Made by a program: the position numbers and the translations under genes. Shown in pieces: positions 46,538-56,400 of a DNA stretch of 64,000 bases (the first letter of the stretch is position 1; the number at the start of each line of letters is the position of its first letter). This DNA comes from an uncultured Lachnospiraceae bacterium (lineage in GTDB: Bacteria > Bacillota > Clostridia > Lachnospirales > Lachnospiraceae): the NCBI GenBank assembly GCA_902786205.1, contig CADABQ010000002.1, positions 108,586 to 172,585 on the forward strand, written 5' to 3'. The notes under the pieces are model-generated. The model made no database searches. It had not been told where the DNA came from and saw only the letters and a program-made list of their open reading frames with translations.

Positions 46538-46766
46538 AATTGACCTCTCTTTCTAAAAGATAAATGTATCATATTTTTGATCCGTTTTTTAGTATAGCAA
46601 AAAATGGAGGATTTGCAAATTTTATAATAAAAATGTCACATTTTGTAGTATTATGTGTTATACTGTTAAAAATATAGCGGGTATGGCAAAACTCGCTGTA
46701 AAAAGTCCTCTAATGTTTGTAAGTGATATAGAGGGTAAGAATGAAGGTTGAAAAAGAAAAATTAGG

Positions 46767-49139
46767 ATGAAAGAGGAAATAGGAATGAAAGAGGAAAAAA
46801 TTGATGAAGGAAAAAAGGGATTAAGTACAAAAGAAGTAGAGGAAAGAGTACAAGCTGGTCTTGTAAATACGAATTGTGATATGGCATCAAAGACGATGAA
46901 AGAAATTATTGCTGGAAATTTATTTACCTTCTTTAATGGATTAAATGTGGTTTTGGCAGTTTGTGTGGCAATGGTACATTCTTTTCGGAACACGCTGTTT
47001 TTAGGAGTCGTTTTTTGGAACGCTCTGATTGGAATTGTGCAGGAAATAAGAGCAAAAAGAGTTTTGGATCGCATGGCTATTTTACAGGAAGGCAAAGTAT
47101 TTGTTTGGAGAGATGGAAGACGTGTCGAAAAAACTTCTACGGAAATTGTGCAAGATGATTGGATTGAGTTTCATGCAGGAGAGCAGATTTGTGCGGATGC
47201 ACAAGTGTTAGAAGGTTGTTGTGAAGTAGATGAAAGTATGCTTACTGGCGAAAGTGATGCAGTTGAAAAGGTAAGTGGGGATAAATTGTTTTCCGGAAGC
47301 TACCTGCTTAGTGGAATGGTAATGGCGCGTGTTGTTTCTGTTGGAAAAGACAGTTATGCCAATCAATTAGTACAGCAGGCAAAAGCTTCCAAAAAAACAA
47401 AATCAGAAATCAGGGATTCTCTTGATAAGATTATTAAGATTTTATCTTTGTTTGTTGTTCCGTTAGGGATTGCCATGTTTGTAAAGGAATACTTTTTTCT
47501 ACAATTGGGTTTGAAAAGTGCAGTTGTAAAAACAGTAGCTTCTATTATTAATATGATACCAGATGGATTAGTATTATTATCCAGTGTAGTAATGGCAGTA
47601 AGTGTGATAAAACTTGCAAAGCAAAAGGCAATTGTACAAGGTCTTTTTAGTATAGAAAATTTAGCTAGAGTAGATGTATTATGTTTGGATAAGACAGGCA
47701 CCATTACACAGGGGACAATGGAATTAATAGATGAAATTGTGCTGGAAGAGGAAGGGTTAACAGATCGGATTTGTGCCTACCTGACAGCCATAGATGAAGA
47801 TACCAGTACTTCCGAAGCAATTCGAGAAAAATATGCAAATATTGTAAAATGGAAGACAAAACAATTGGTATCCTTTTCTTCAAAGAGAAAATGGGGAGCA
47901 GTGGAGTTTGTAGAAGAAGGTACTTTTGTACTGGGTGCTCCGGAAATGGTTTTGGGGGATGCCTATAAGGGGTACAAACAAAAGGTTGTCAAGTATTTAG
48001 AAAGAGGAGAAAGAGTGCTTGTGTTTGCAAAATTAGAGGAGGGAAACATCAAGACAGAGAAATTGCAACGTTTACAAGTGCTGTCATTCTTCGTGTTGCG
48101 TGATAACATACGCCCACATGTAAAAGAGACCTTGGATTATTTTCAAGAGCAAGGTGTGCGTTTGGTTTTAATTTCTGGAGACAATCCAGAAGCTGTTATG
48201 CAAATAGGAAAAAGAGCAGGACTTGCAGATGCGGAAAACTATGTGGATGCCCGAAACTTAAAAACCCCAGAACAGATTGCAATTGCAGCAAAACGTTATA
48301 CAATATTTGGTCGGGTTACTCCAGAACAAAAAAGAGAATTAGTACAAACGTTACAAAAACAGGGACATACCGTTGCTATGACCGGAGATGGTGTAAATGA
48401 TGTGTTAGCGTTAAAAGAGGCGGATTGCAGTATTGTCATGGGAAGTGGTTGCGATGTAGCAAGAAAGACGGCAAAGGTAGTGTTGGAAAATTCTGATTTT
48501 GCTACGATGCCTAAAATTCTTGCTGAGGGAAGAAAGGCAATCAATAATCTAGAGCGTTCCGCTGCATTGTTTTTAACAAAGACTACGTTTTCTATCTTGT
48601 TATTATTTTTATTCCTTTTTGTGCAGATTTCGTATCCATTGATACCGATACAAATGACATTGATTGGGTCACTTACGATTGGTGCTCCGGCATTTTTACT
48701 TACATTAGAACCCAATTATAATGTTGTTTCGGGTTCCTTTTTGAAAAAAGTATTTGAAAATGCAGTACCTACGGGAATATTGGCGTTGATGAATGTAGTG
48801 GCTATAGTGGTGGCTACGGGGCAGTATAATTTTTCAGAAGCAGTAGTATCTACAATGACAGTAGTGGGCGTGGCGTTTGCAGATTTAACATTAGTATTGC
48901 GGTTATGTAGACCATGGAATTGGAAAAAGTTTTCTATGGTAGTTGTGTTGTTAATTGGTTTACTTGGATCGATTTTCTTTGCGGATGATATTTTTATGTT
49001 TGTACCGATACCGGCAAAAGGGCTTGTTGTACTGGCAATAATAATAGTAGTAGATGTTATAGTTTCTATTTTGCTTCAAATAGGTTATAGTGTGAAAAAA
49101 TATTTAAAGAATAGAGGAGGAATTGGAGAATATGAGTAG
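46767..49139 (+). CDS. Cation-transporting P-type ATPase
   Basis: TGES, phosphorylation site CLDKTGTITQG, hinge TGDGVNDVLALKEAD. N- and C-terminal TM bundles. Alternative start at 46785: MKEE is duplicated. Confidence 0.9.
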   Translation: MKEEIGMKEEKIDEGKKGLSTKEVEERVQAGLVNTNCDMASKTMKEIIAGNLFTFFNGLNVVLAVCVAMVHSFRNTLFLGVVFWNALIGIVQEIRAKRVLDRMAILQEGKVFVWRDGRRVEKTSTEIVQDDWIEFHAGEQICADAQVLEGCCEVDESMLTGESDAVEKVSGDKLFSGSYLLSGMVMARVVSVGKDSYANQLVQQAKASKKTKSEIRDSLDKIIKILSLFVVPLGIAMFVKEYFFLQLGLKSAVVKTVASIINMIPDGLVLLSSVVMAVSVIKLAKQKAIVQGLFSIENLARVDVLCLDKTGTITQGTMELIDEIVLEEEGLTDRICAYLTAIDEDTSTSEAIREKYANIVKWKTKQLVSFSSKRKWGAVEFVEEGTFVLGAPEMVLGDAYKGYKQKVVKYLERGERVLVFAKLEEGNIKTEKLQRLQVLSFFVLRDNIRPHVKETLDYFQEQGVRLVLISGDNPEAVMQIGKRAGLADAENYVDARNLKTPEQIAIAAKRYTIFGRVTPEQKRELVQTLQKQGHTVAMTGDGVNDVLALKEADCSIVMGSGCDVARKTAKVVLENSDFATMPKILAEGRKAINNLERSAALFLTKTTFSILLLFLFLFVQISYPLIPIQMTLIGSLTIGAPAFLLTLEPNYNVVSGSFLKKVFENAVPTGILALMNVVAIVVATGQYNFSEAVVSTMTVVGVAFADLTLVLRLCRPWNWKKFSMVVVLLIGLLGSIFFADDIFMFVPIPAKGLVVLAIIIVVDVIVSILLQIGYSVKKYLKNRGGIGEYE

Positions 49140-51234
49140 TGTGAAGTATACGTTAGGGAGAGGGCAGTTTCGTATATTACAAGAGGGACTTGAAAAGGAA
49201 TGGCTTCTTACAAACGGCATAGGAGGATTGGCAAATAGTACAGTGGTCGGGGCATCCAATCGAATGCATAACGGATATCTGACGGTTTCGATAAATCCGC
49301 CAGCCGATCGTTATACCGTATTATCCAATGTGTGGGAGAGTGTCACCATAGACGGAAAGGTGTATGATTTAGCGGCACAAGAGTATATTGGGTATGAAAA
49401 GAAAGGATATGAATATTTAAACCGTTTTGAGTTGGATATCTTACCAACATACTATTATCAGGTTCAGGATGTTGCAATGAAAAAGACAATCAGCTTAGAA
49501 TATGGGAAAAATACGGTTGTAGTATGTTATGAAGTAGAAAATGGGATGGAAGAAGCGTCCATTCATATTACCCCACAATTTAATTGCAAACCTTATGGAG
49601 TGACGATAGAAGCGTCACAGTTACAATTTGATATGACGCAAGAAGGACAGTTTTTAACATTAGTGCCAAAAGAACAGGACATGAATATTACATTTTATAC
49701 TTCAGAAGGAACTTATGTAAATCGAAATACGTTTCCAACCTCTATGGCAACACCCAATTATTTGGTGGAAGAAAATCAAGTATATTGTATGGATTGTCGT
49801 ACGGGATTTATGGGAGTAGACAATCATTTTACACCTTATGATGTTGTGGTTGATTTGCAACCATTTGAAGAAAAGAAATTCTATATTACCTGTACCATTG
49901 AAAAAGAAACTGTAGGAGATGGTTTTGCTATTGCCGACCAATATAAGAAAAGAATGCACAAAATTATGGCACAAACAGGTGAGGATGTCTTTTTGCAAAA
50001 ACTTGCATGGGCAGCAGATGCGTTTGTAGTACAGAGAAAAGTTGTAGTACCAAAAGAGCAGGAGAAAAAATTGCAGACTTCTACTGCGGACAAAGTAGAG
50101 GGAAACACTGCCTATTTGAAAACGATTCTTGCGGGCTATCCATGGTTTATGGATTGGGGAAGAGATACTATGATTGCATTTCAAGGTTTATTGCTACCTA
50201 CAAAGCGTTTTAAAGAGGCAAGACAGATTTTAGAATCCTTTTCTTGGTTTGTAAAGGATGGAATGCTTCCCAATGTATTTCCCAATAGCAGTAAAGAAGA
50301 ACCAAGATACAATACGATTGATGCGGCATTATGGTACTTTTATTCGGTATATAAATATTTGGAGTACACAGGAGAGAAAGAAGATTATCAATTTGTAGAA
50401 GAAAAACTTTATCCAGCTATGGAGCAAATTATTTCCTATTATAAAAATGGAACACATTACGGAATTAAAATGGATGAGGACGGATTAATCTTAGGTGGAA
50501 GCGGAAAAGATCAGTTGACATGGATGGATGTCTTAGTTGGAGACTGGGTTGTAACACCTAGGCATGGAAAAGCGGTGGAAATTAATGCACTTTGGTATAA
50601 TGCTCTTTGCGTGATGGAGCAGTTGGCAGAACGATTTCATAAGGATGCAAAGCAATATCATGTGTTAGCACAAAAAACGAAAGAGACTTTTTGTGAAAAG
50701 TTCTGGAATGAGGAGAAAGGCTGTCTTTATGATTGTATCGAAAAAAGAGAAGATGGCATGGAAATTCCAGATGACAGAATACGACCAAATCAGATTTGGG
50801 CAGTATCTCTTCCTTATACAATGCTTTCCAGAGATAGAGAAAAAGCGGTTGTACAGACAGTATATAAACATCTGTATACACCATATGGAATCCGTTCGTT
50901 ATCACCAGAGGACGCAGAATATAAAGCACATTATATTGGAAAACTGATTAATCGTGATGGAGCCTATCATATGGGAACCAGTTGGGGATATATTTCAGGA
51001 GGTTTTATTACTGCATATTGTAAAGTGTATGAACATAGCAAAAAGGCAGTAAAAAAAGCATTGGAGATGTGCCAATATTTCAGTGATCACATGCAGGATG
51101 GTTGTTTGAATGGAATTGCAGAAATCTTTGATGGAGATTTTAGTTGTAGCAGTCGGGGATGTTATACACAGGCATGGAGTGTAGGAGAAGTGTTGAGAGC
51201 ATATAGTGAAGATGTATTACCATACTTACACTGA
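49132..51234 (+). CDS. Amylo-alpha-1,6-glucosidase family protein (bacterial/archaeal-type glycogen debranching enzyme)
   Basis: N-terminal EWLLTNGIGGLANSTVVGASNRMHNGYL. Catalytic-domain motif GYPWFMDWGRDTMIAFQGLLL. The start overlaps the ATPase 3' end. Confidence 0.85.
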   Translation: MSSVKYTLGRGQFRILQEGLEKEWLLTNGIGGLANSTVVGASNRMHNGYLTVSINPPADRYTVLSNVWESVTIDGKVYDLAAQEYIGYEKKGYEYLNRFELDILPTYYYQVQDVAMKKTISLEYGKNTVVVCYEVENGMEEASIHITPQFNCKPYGVTIEASQLQFDMTQEGQFLTLVPKEQDMNITFYTSEGTYVNRNTFPTSMATPNYLVEENQVYCMDCRTGFMGVDNHFTPYDVVVDLQPFEEKKFYITCTIEKETVGDGFAIADQYKKRMHKIMAQTGEDVFLQKLAWAADAFVVQRKVVVPKEQEKKLQTSTADKVEGNTAYLKTILAGYPWFMDWGRDTMIAFQGLLLPTKRFKEARQILESFSWFVKDGMLPNVFPNSSKEEPRYNTIDAALWYFYSVYKYLEYTGEKEDYQFVEEKLYPAMEQIISYYKNGTHYGIKMDEDGLILGGSGKDQLTWMDVLVGDWVVTPRHGKAVEINALWYNALCVMEQLAERFHKDAKQYHVLAQKTKETFCEKFWNEEKGCLYDCIEKREDGMEIPDDRIRPNQIWAVSLPYTMLSRDREKAVVQTVYKHLYTPYGIRSLSPEDAEYKAHYIGKLINRDGAYHMGTSWGYISGGFITAYCKVYEHSKKAVKKALEMCQYFSDHMQDGCLNGIAEIFDGDFSCSSRGCYTQAWSVGEVLRAYSEDVLPYLH

Positions 51235-51252
51235 AAATAAAAAACGAAGAAT

Positions 51253-51290
51253 AAAAAGATGCACAGAGAATAGCCTTGTGCATCTTTTTT
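51253..51290. terminator. Bidirectional intrinsic terminator between the glucosidase gene and the convergent ABC-F gene
   Basis: AAAAGATGCACA (51253-51264) pairs with TGTGCATCTTTT (51276-51287), with flanking A and T runs. Confidence 0.8.
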
Positions 51291-51418
51291 CTATAGAAAA
51301 GTGAATCCTATAGAGCAAGTCTCTTATGAGAGAGATAGCAAGTTGATGTGGAATTTTTTACTTTCTTTGTATGAAATGTTTGTAGTAAAAGTTGTTCCAC
51401 TTTATTTTGCCCTAAAAA

Positions 51419-52981
51419 TTATAATTTTGTACTCCAGTTGGAACAATCAATTACTTTTGTTGCCCAATCTTCATAGAAGTCAGGTTCATGACAGATTAAA
51501 ACAATACTTCCCTTATATGCCTGTAAAGCACGTTTTAATTCATCTTTAGCATCCACATCAAGATGATTGGTTGGTTCATCTAACAACAGTACATTTGTCT
51601 CCTGATTAATTAATTTGCAAAGACGTACTTTTGCCTGTTCTCCACCACTTAATACCCGTACCTGGCTCTCGATATGTTCTGTGGTAAGTCCGCATTTTGC
51701 TAAGGCAGAACGCACTTCATATTGACTAAGGGATGGAAATTCTCTCCAGATTTCTTCAATACAGGTATTATTTTTTGCACCTGTCATTTCCTGTTCAAAG
51801 TAGCCTTTGTATAGATAATCACCTAAGATGATCTTACCATGTAAAGGAGGAATCATACCCAAAATACTTTTCAATAAAGTAGTTTTTCCAATACCATTGG
51901 CACCTGTAAATACAATGCGTTCTCCTCGCTCCATTGTTAAATTGATTGGAGTGGAGAGCGGCTCTTCATATCCAATGACAAGCTGTTTGGCTTGGAAGAT
52001 TAACTTTCCGGAAGCTCTTGCTTCTTTAAAGTGGAACTCAGGTTTTGGCTTTTCTTTCATAAGTTCGATTTTATCCATTTTATCTAATTTCTTTTGTCTG
52101 GACATTGCCATGTTTCGTGTGGAAACTCTGGCTTTGTTTCTTGCAACGAAATCTTTTAGTCCTTTGATTTCCTGTTGCTGCCGTTCGTATGCCGCTTCTA
52201 ATTGTGCTTTCTTTGCAGCGTAGACCTCCTGAAATTTATCATAATCACCAACATAACGAGTTAGTTGTTGGTTTTCTACATGATAAATAAGGTTGATAAC
52301 ACTGTTTAGGAAAGGAATATCATGGGAAATTAGAATAAATGCGTTTTCATATTCCTGCAAGTATCGTTTTAACCATTCGATGTGAACGGTATCTAAGTAG
52401 TTTGTAGGTTCGTCCAGTAATAAAATATCAGGCTTTTCTAGTAGAAGCTTTGCTAATAAAATTTTTGTTCGCTGCCCTCCACTTAATTCTGTAACATCCC
52501 GTTCTAAGCCCAAATCTATGAGTCCAAGCGCACGGGCAACTTCATCTACTTTGGAATCAATATTATAAAAGTCATGCATGTCCAGCGAATCCTGAATGAT
52601 TGCAAATTCATCCATCATTTTTTCTAATTGTTTTTCATCCGCATCTGCCATTTGTGCACAAAGCTTATTCATTCGTTCTTCTTGCTCGTACAAAAAAGAA
52701 AAAGCAGAATTCAATACATCTCGAATGGTCATACCTTTTGTAAGTACGGCATGTTGGTCCAGATAGCCAACACGTACATGTTTTGCCCATTCAATGGTTC
52801 CTTCGTCGGGCATGAGTTTTCCTGTTATAATATTAAAAAAGGTAGATTTTCCTTCTCCGTTAGCACCAACTAAACCAATATGCTCTCCTTTTAATAAGCG
52901 AAAGGAAACATCGTCATAGATTGCTCGACCACCAAAACCGTGACTTAAATGTTCTACGTTTAAAATCATATTTTTTACCAT
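51419..52981 (-). CDS. ABC-F family ATPase (two ABC domains, no TM; translation-factor type)
   Basis: Walker A GANGEGKST and GANGIGKTT. Signatures LSGGQ and LSGGE. Charged inter-domain linker (QQQEIKGLKDFVARNKARVSTRNMAMSRQKKLDKM). Confidence 0.9.
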   Translation of the reverse strand: MVKNMILNVEHLSHGFGGRAIYDDVSFRLLKGEHIGLVGANGEGKSTFFNIITGKLMPDEGTIEWAKHVRVGYLDQHAVLTKGMTIRDVLNSAFSFLYEQEERMNKLCAQMADADEKQLEKMMDEFAIIQDSLDMHDFYNIDSKVDEVARALGLIDLGLERDVTELSGGQRTKILLAKLLLEKPDILLLDEPTNYLDTVHIEWLKRYLQEYENAFILISHDIPFLNSVINLIYHVENQQLTRYVGDYDKFQEVYAAKKAQLEAAYERQQQEIKGLKDFVARNKARVSTRNMAMSRQKKLDKMDKIELMKEKPKPEFHFKEARASGKLIFQAKQLVIGYEEPLSTPINLTMERGERIVFTGANGIGKTTLLKSILGMIPPLHGKIILGDYLYKGYFEQEMTGAKNNTCIEEIWREFPSLSQYEVRSALAKCGLTTEHIESQVRVLSGGEQAKVRLCKLINQETNVLLLDEPTNHLDVDAKDELKRALQAYKGSIVLICHEPDFYEDWATKVIDCSNWSTKL

Positions 52982-53072
52982 TTCTTTCTGACAATAGTTG
53001 TCTATTTTGTGTTAGTGGTCTCATTGTATCAAACTTTTATAAAATTGAAAAGTAGATTTTTGTAAAAATGAC

Positions 53073-53101
53073 TTGCTTTTTAGGAAGAACTATATTATAA
53101 T
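53073..53101 (+). promoter_or_regulatory. Consensus-like sigma-A promoter ~330 nt upstream of gltB
   Basis: TTGCTT (53073-53078), 17-nt spacer, TATAAT (53096-53101). Confidence 0.5.
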
Positions 53102-53113
53102 GGCAAAAGAACA

Positions 53114-53158
53114 AAGGCGTTCTTGGATAGGTGAAGTCTATCCAAGTGCGCCTTTTTT
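53114..53158 (+). terminator. Intrinsic terminator/attenuator 1 in the gltB leader
   Basis: 17-position stem 53114-53130/53138-53154 with one mismatch and one G-U, followed by T6 (53153-53158). The 5' strand overlaps the alternative hairpin AAGAAC-AAAGGC-GTTCTT (53107-53124). Confidence 0.7.
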
Positions 53159-53259
53159 GCTTTGTATAATTAGAAAGCAAAGAGCTCCGCAAGAATGTTT
53201 CTTTAAACAACTTGTTATCAGGAGTTTGAAACAAAGATGGAATATCGCAACAGATTGTG

Positions 53260-53290
53260 GCGAAATACAAAAGTATTTCGCTTTCCTTTG
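53260..53290 (+). terminator. Terminator-like hairpin 2 in the gltB leader
   Basis: GCGAAATA-CAAAAG-TATTTCGC (53260-53281) followed by TTTCCTTTG. Its 5' strand overlaps the alternative hairpin CGCAACA-GAT-TGTGGCG (53246-53262). Confidence 0.5.
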
Positions 53291-53431
53291 CCAAGTGAGT
53301 AGCCAATAAATGGTAATGTTAGGATTTGACTTTTCATTGGCAATTAGGATGTGATATGATAGGTTGATAAATGTAGAGACAAAATTCTACATTTTCAAAT
53401 AACGAAGTAAATGAGAAAGGAATGTGTTGCA

Positions 53432-56400
53432 ATGGAAGAATGTAAGAGAAAGACACAAGGTTTATATGATCCAAGATGGGAGCATGATAACTGTGGTATT
53501 GGTGCAGTTGTAAACCAAAAGGGTGTTAAGTCACATGCGACAGTAGAGAATGCGTTGAAAATTGTAGAGAATTTGGAGCATCGTGCAGGTAAGGATGCCT
53601 CTGGCAAGACTGGAGACGGTGTTGGTATCTTATTACAGATTTCCCACAAATTCTTTAGCGAAGCCGCTAAAAAGGCAGGAATTTCCATTGGCAAGGAAAG
53701 AGAATATGGAATTGGTATGTTCTTTATGCCACAGGATGAGTTGAGTCGAAAACGTGCTATGAGAATGTTCGAATTGATTGTTGAAAAGGAAGGACTAAAA
53801 TTCTTAGGATGGCGTGAAGTTCCAGTAAATAAAGAAGTGCTTGGAAAAACAGCCTTAGATTGTATGCCATATATTGTACAGGCATTCATTAAAAAACCAG
53901 CAGGTGTGAAAAAAGGACTGGACTTTGACCGAAAATTGTATATAGCCAGAAGAGTATTTGAAAATTCTTCGAATGAAGATACGTATGTTGTTTCATTATC
54001 AAGTAGAACAATTGTATATAAAGGTATGTTCCTTGTAGGCCAGCTTCGTTCTTTCTTCCAGGATTTGCAAGACGAATCTTATGAGTCAGCTATTGCATTA
54101 GTACATTCCCGTTTTAGTACCAATACACAGCCAAGTTGGAGACGAGCACATCCAAACCGCTTTATTGTGCATAATGGTGAGATTAATACGATTGCAGGAA
54201 ATGCAGATAAGATGCATGCGCGTGAAGAAACAATGGAATCAGAGTATTTAAAGGGAGAAATGCATAAAATTCTTCCAGTCGTAGATCAAAGCGGATCCGA
54301 TTCGGCACGTTTAGATAATACATTAGAATTTTTGGTCATGAGTGGTATGGAGTTACCATTAGCCGTTATGATTGCTATTCCTGAACCATGGGCAAATGAT
54401 CGTAGTATGAGTCGTGAGAAAAAGGAATTTTACCAGTATTATGCAACTATGATGGAACCATGGGATGGTCCTGCATCTATTCTTTTCTCTGATGGAGATA
54501 TTATGGGAGCTGTCTTAGACCGTAATGGACTTCGCCCATCTCGTTATTATATTACAGATGATGGAAATATTATCCTTTCTTCTGAAGTGGGTGTATTAGA
54601 TATTCCTGAAGAAAAGATTGTAAAGAAAGATCGTCTTCGTCCGGGAAAAATGTTATTGGTGGATACGGTAAAAGGCGAGCTGATTGATGATGATACCATT
54701 AAGGAAAAGTATGCAAAGAGTCAGCCTTATGGAGAGTGGTTGGATAATAATCTTCTTCATTTGAAAGATTTGCGAATTCCAAATAAAAAGGTAGAGGAAT
54801 ATGATCAAGAGCAGACGCAAAGACTTAGAAAAGCTTTTGGATATACGTATGAAGAATGTAAAAATAGCATTCTTACAATGGCAATGAATGGATCTGAACC
54901 GATTGCCGCAATGGGTACGGATACACCGTTACCACCATTATCTGAACGACCACAGCCATTATTTAATTATTTCAAACAGTTATTTGCACAGGTTACCAAC
55001 CCACCAATCGATGCATTGCGTGAAAAGATTGTAACATCTACTTCTGTTTATATTGGTAGTGCGGGTAATATTTTGCAGGAACGTGAAGAAAACTGTCAGG
55101 TTATGCGAATTGACAATCCAATTTTGACAAACACAGATATGCTCAAAATTAAGATGATGAATGTAAAAGGCTTTAAGGTGGAAGTAATTCCAATCACTTA
55201 TTACACAGCTACCTCTTTGGAAAAAGCAATTGATCGTGTCTGTATGGAAGCAGATCGTGCTTACAAAGATGGTGCAAACGTATTAGTATTGTCAGATCGT
55301 GGTGTGGATGAAAACCATGTTGCTATTCCTTCTTTGCTTGCTATTTCTGCTTTACAGCAGCATTTGGTTCGTACAAAGAAGAGAACGAAGTTGTCTATTA
55401 TCCTTGAAACAGCAGAGCCAAGAGAAGTACATCACTTTGCAACATTGATTGGTTTTGGTGCAAGTGCAATCAACCCATATCTTGCATTGGATACGATTCG
55501 TGAAATGGTTAATACGGATATGCTTGACAAAGATTATTATGCAGCAGTAGAGGATTATACGAACTCTATCAAAAACGGTATTATTAAGATTGGATCTAAG
55601 ATGGGTATTTCTACTATTCAATCTTATATGGGTTCCCGTATTTTTGAAGCAATTGGTATCAATGAAGAGGTTATTAACAAATATTTCTCTGGTGTTGTGA
55701 GTCGTGTAGGTGGTATTGGTATTGCAGATATTGAGAAGCAAATTGAAACATTACATTCACAGGCATTTGATCCATTGGATCTTGGTATGAATTTGGAGCT
55801 TGAAAGCAATGGTACACATAAATCAAGAAGTGGTAAGGAGAAACATCTTTATAATCCACAGACCATTTATTTGTTACAGAAAGCTACAAGAGAAGGAAAA
55901 TATGAAGTATTTAAAGAATACTCTGCATTGATGGATCAAGAGGAAAGCGAGAGCAACCTTCGTGGATTGATGGACTTTAATTATCCAGAAAAAGGTGTCC
56001 CAATTGAAGAAGTAGAAAGTGTAGAAGATATTGTAAAACGTTTTAAGACAGGTGCTATGTCTTACGGCTCTATTTCAAAGGAAGCACATGAATGTATGGC
56101 AATCGCCATGAACCGTTTGGGTGGTAAGTCAAACAGTGGTGAAGGTGGAGAAAGTCTGGACCGTTTAGTTACAAAGGGAACAAGTGAAGACAGATGTTCT
56201 GCCATTAAGCAGGTTGCGTCTGGTCGTTTCGGTGTAACCTCACGTTATTTGGTAAGTGCAGACGAGATTCAGATTAAGATGGCACAGGGAGCAAAACCTG
56301 GAGAAGGTGGACACCTTCCAGGAAAGAAAGTATATCCATGGGTTGCAAAATGTCGTAATTCAACAACTGGTGTAGGTTTAATTTCCCCACCACCACATCA

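Noticed and set aside
46538-46766. An M-box (Mg) or yybP-ykoY (Mn) riboswitch upstream of the P-type ATPase.
   Set aside because: The leader is short. It contains only two small hairpins and a 15-bp palindrome (AAAATG-TCA-CATTTT, 46630-46644). None of the long conserved cores of those riboswitches is present.
51301-51549. 82-aa + strand ORF overlapping the 3' end of the ABC-F gene.
   Set aside because: It starts after a bidirectional terminator, has no RBS, and overlaps a well-supported minus-strand gene.
53037-53309. 78-aa (+) and 89-aa (-) ORFs in the ABC-F/gltB divergent region.
   Set aside because: Neither has an RBS. Both run straight through two terminator hairpins and a promoter. They have an odd composition and resemble no protein family.
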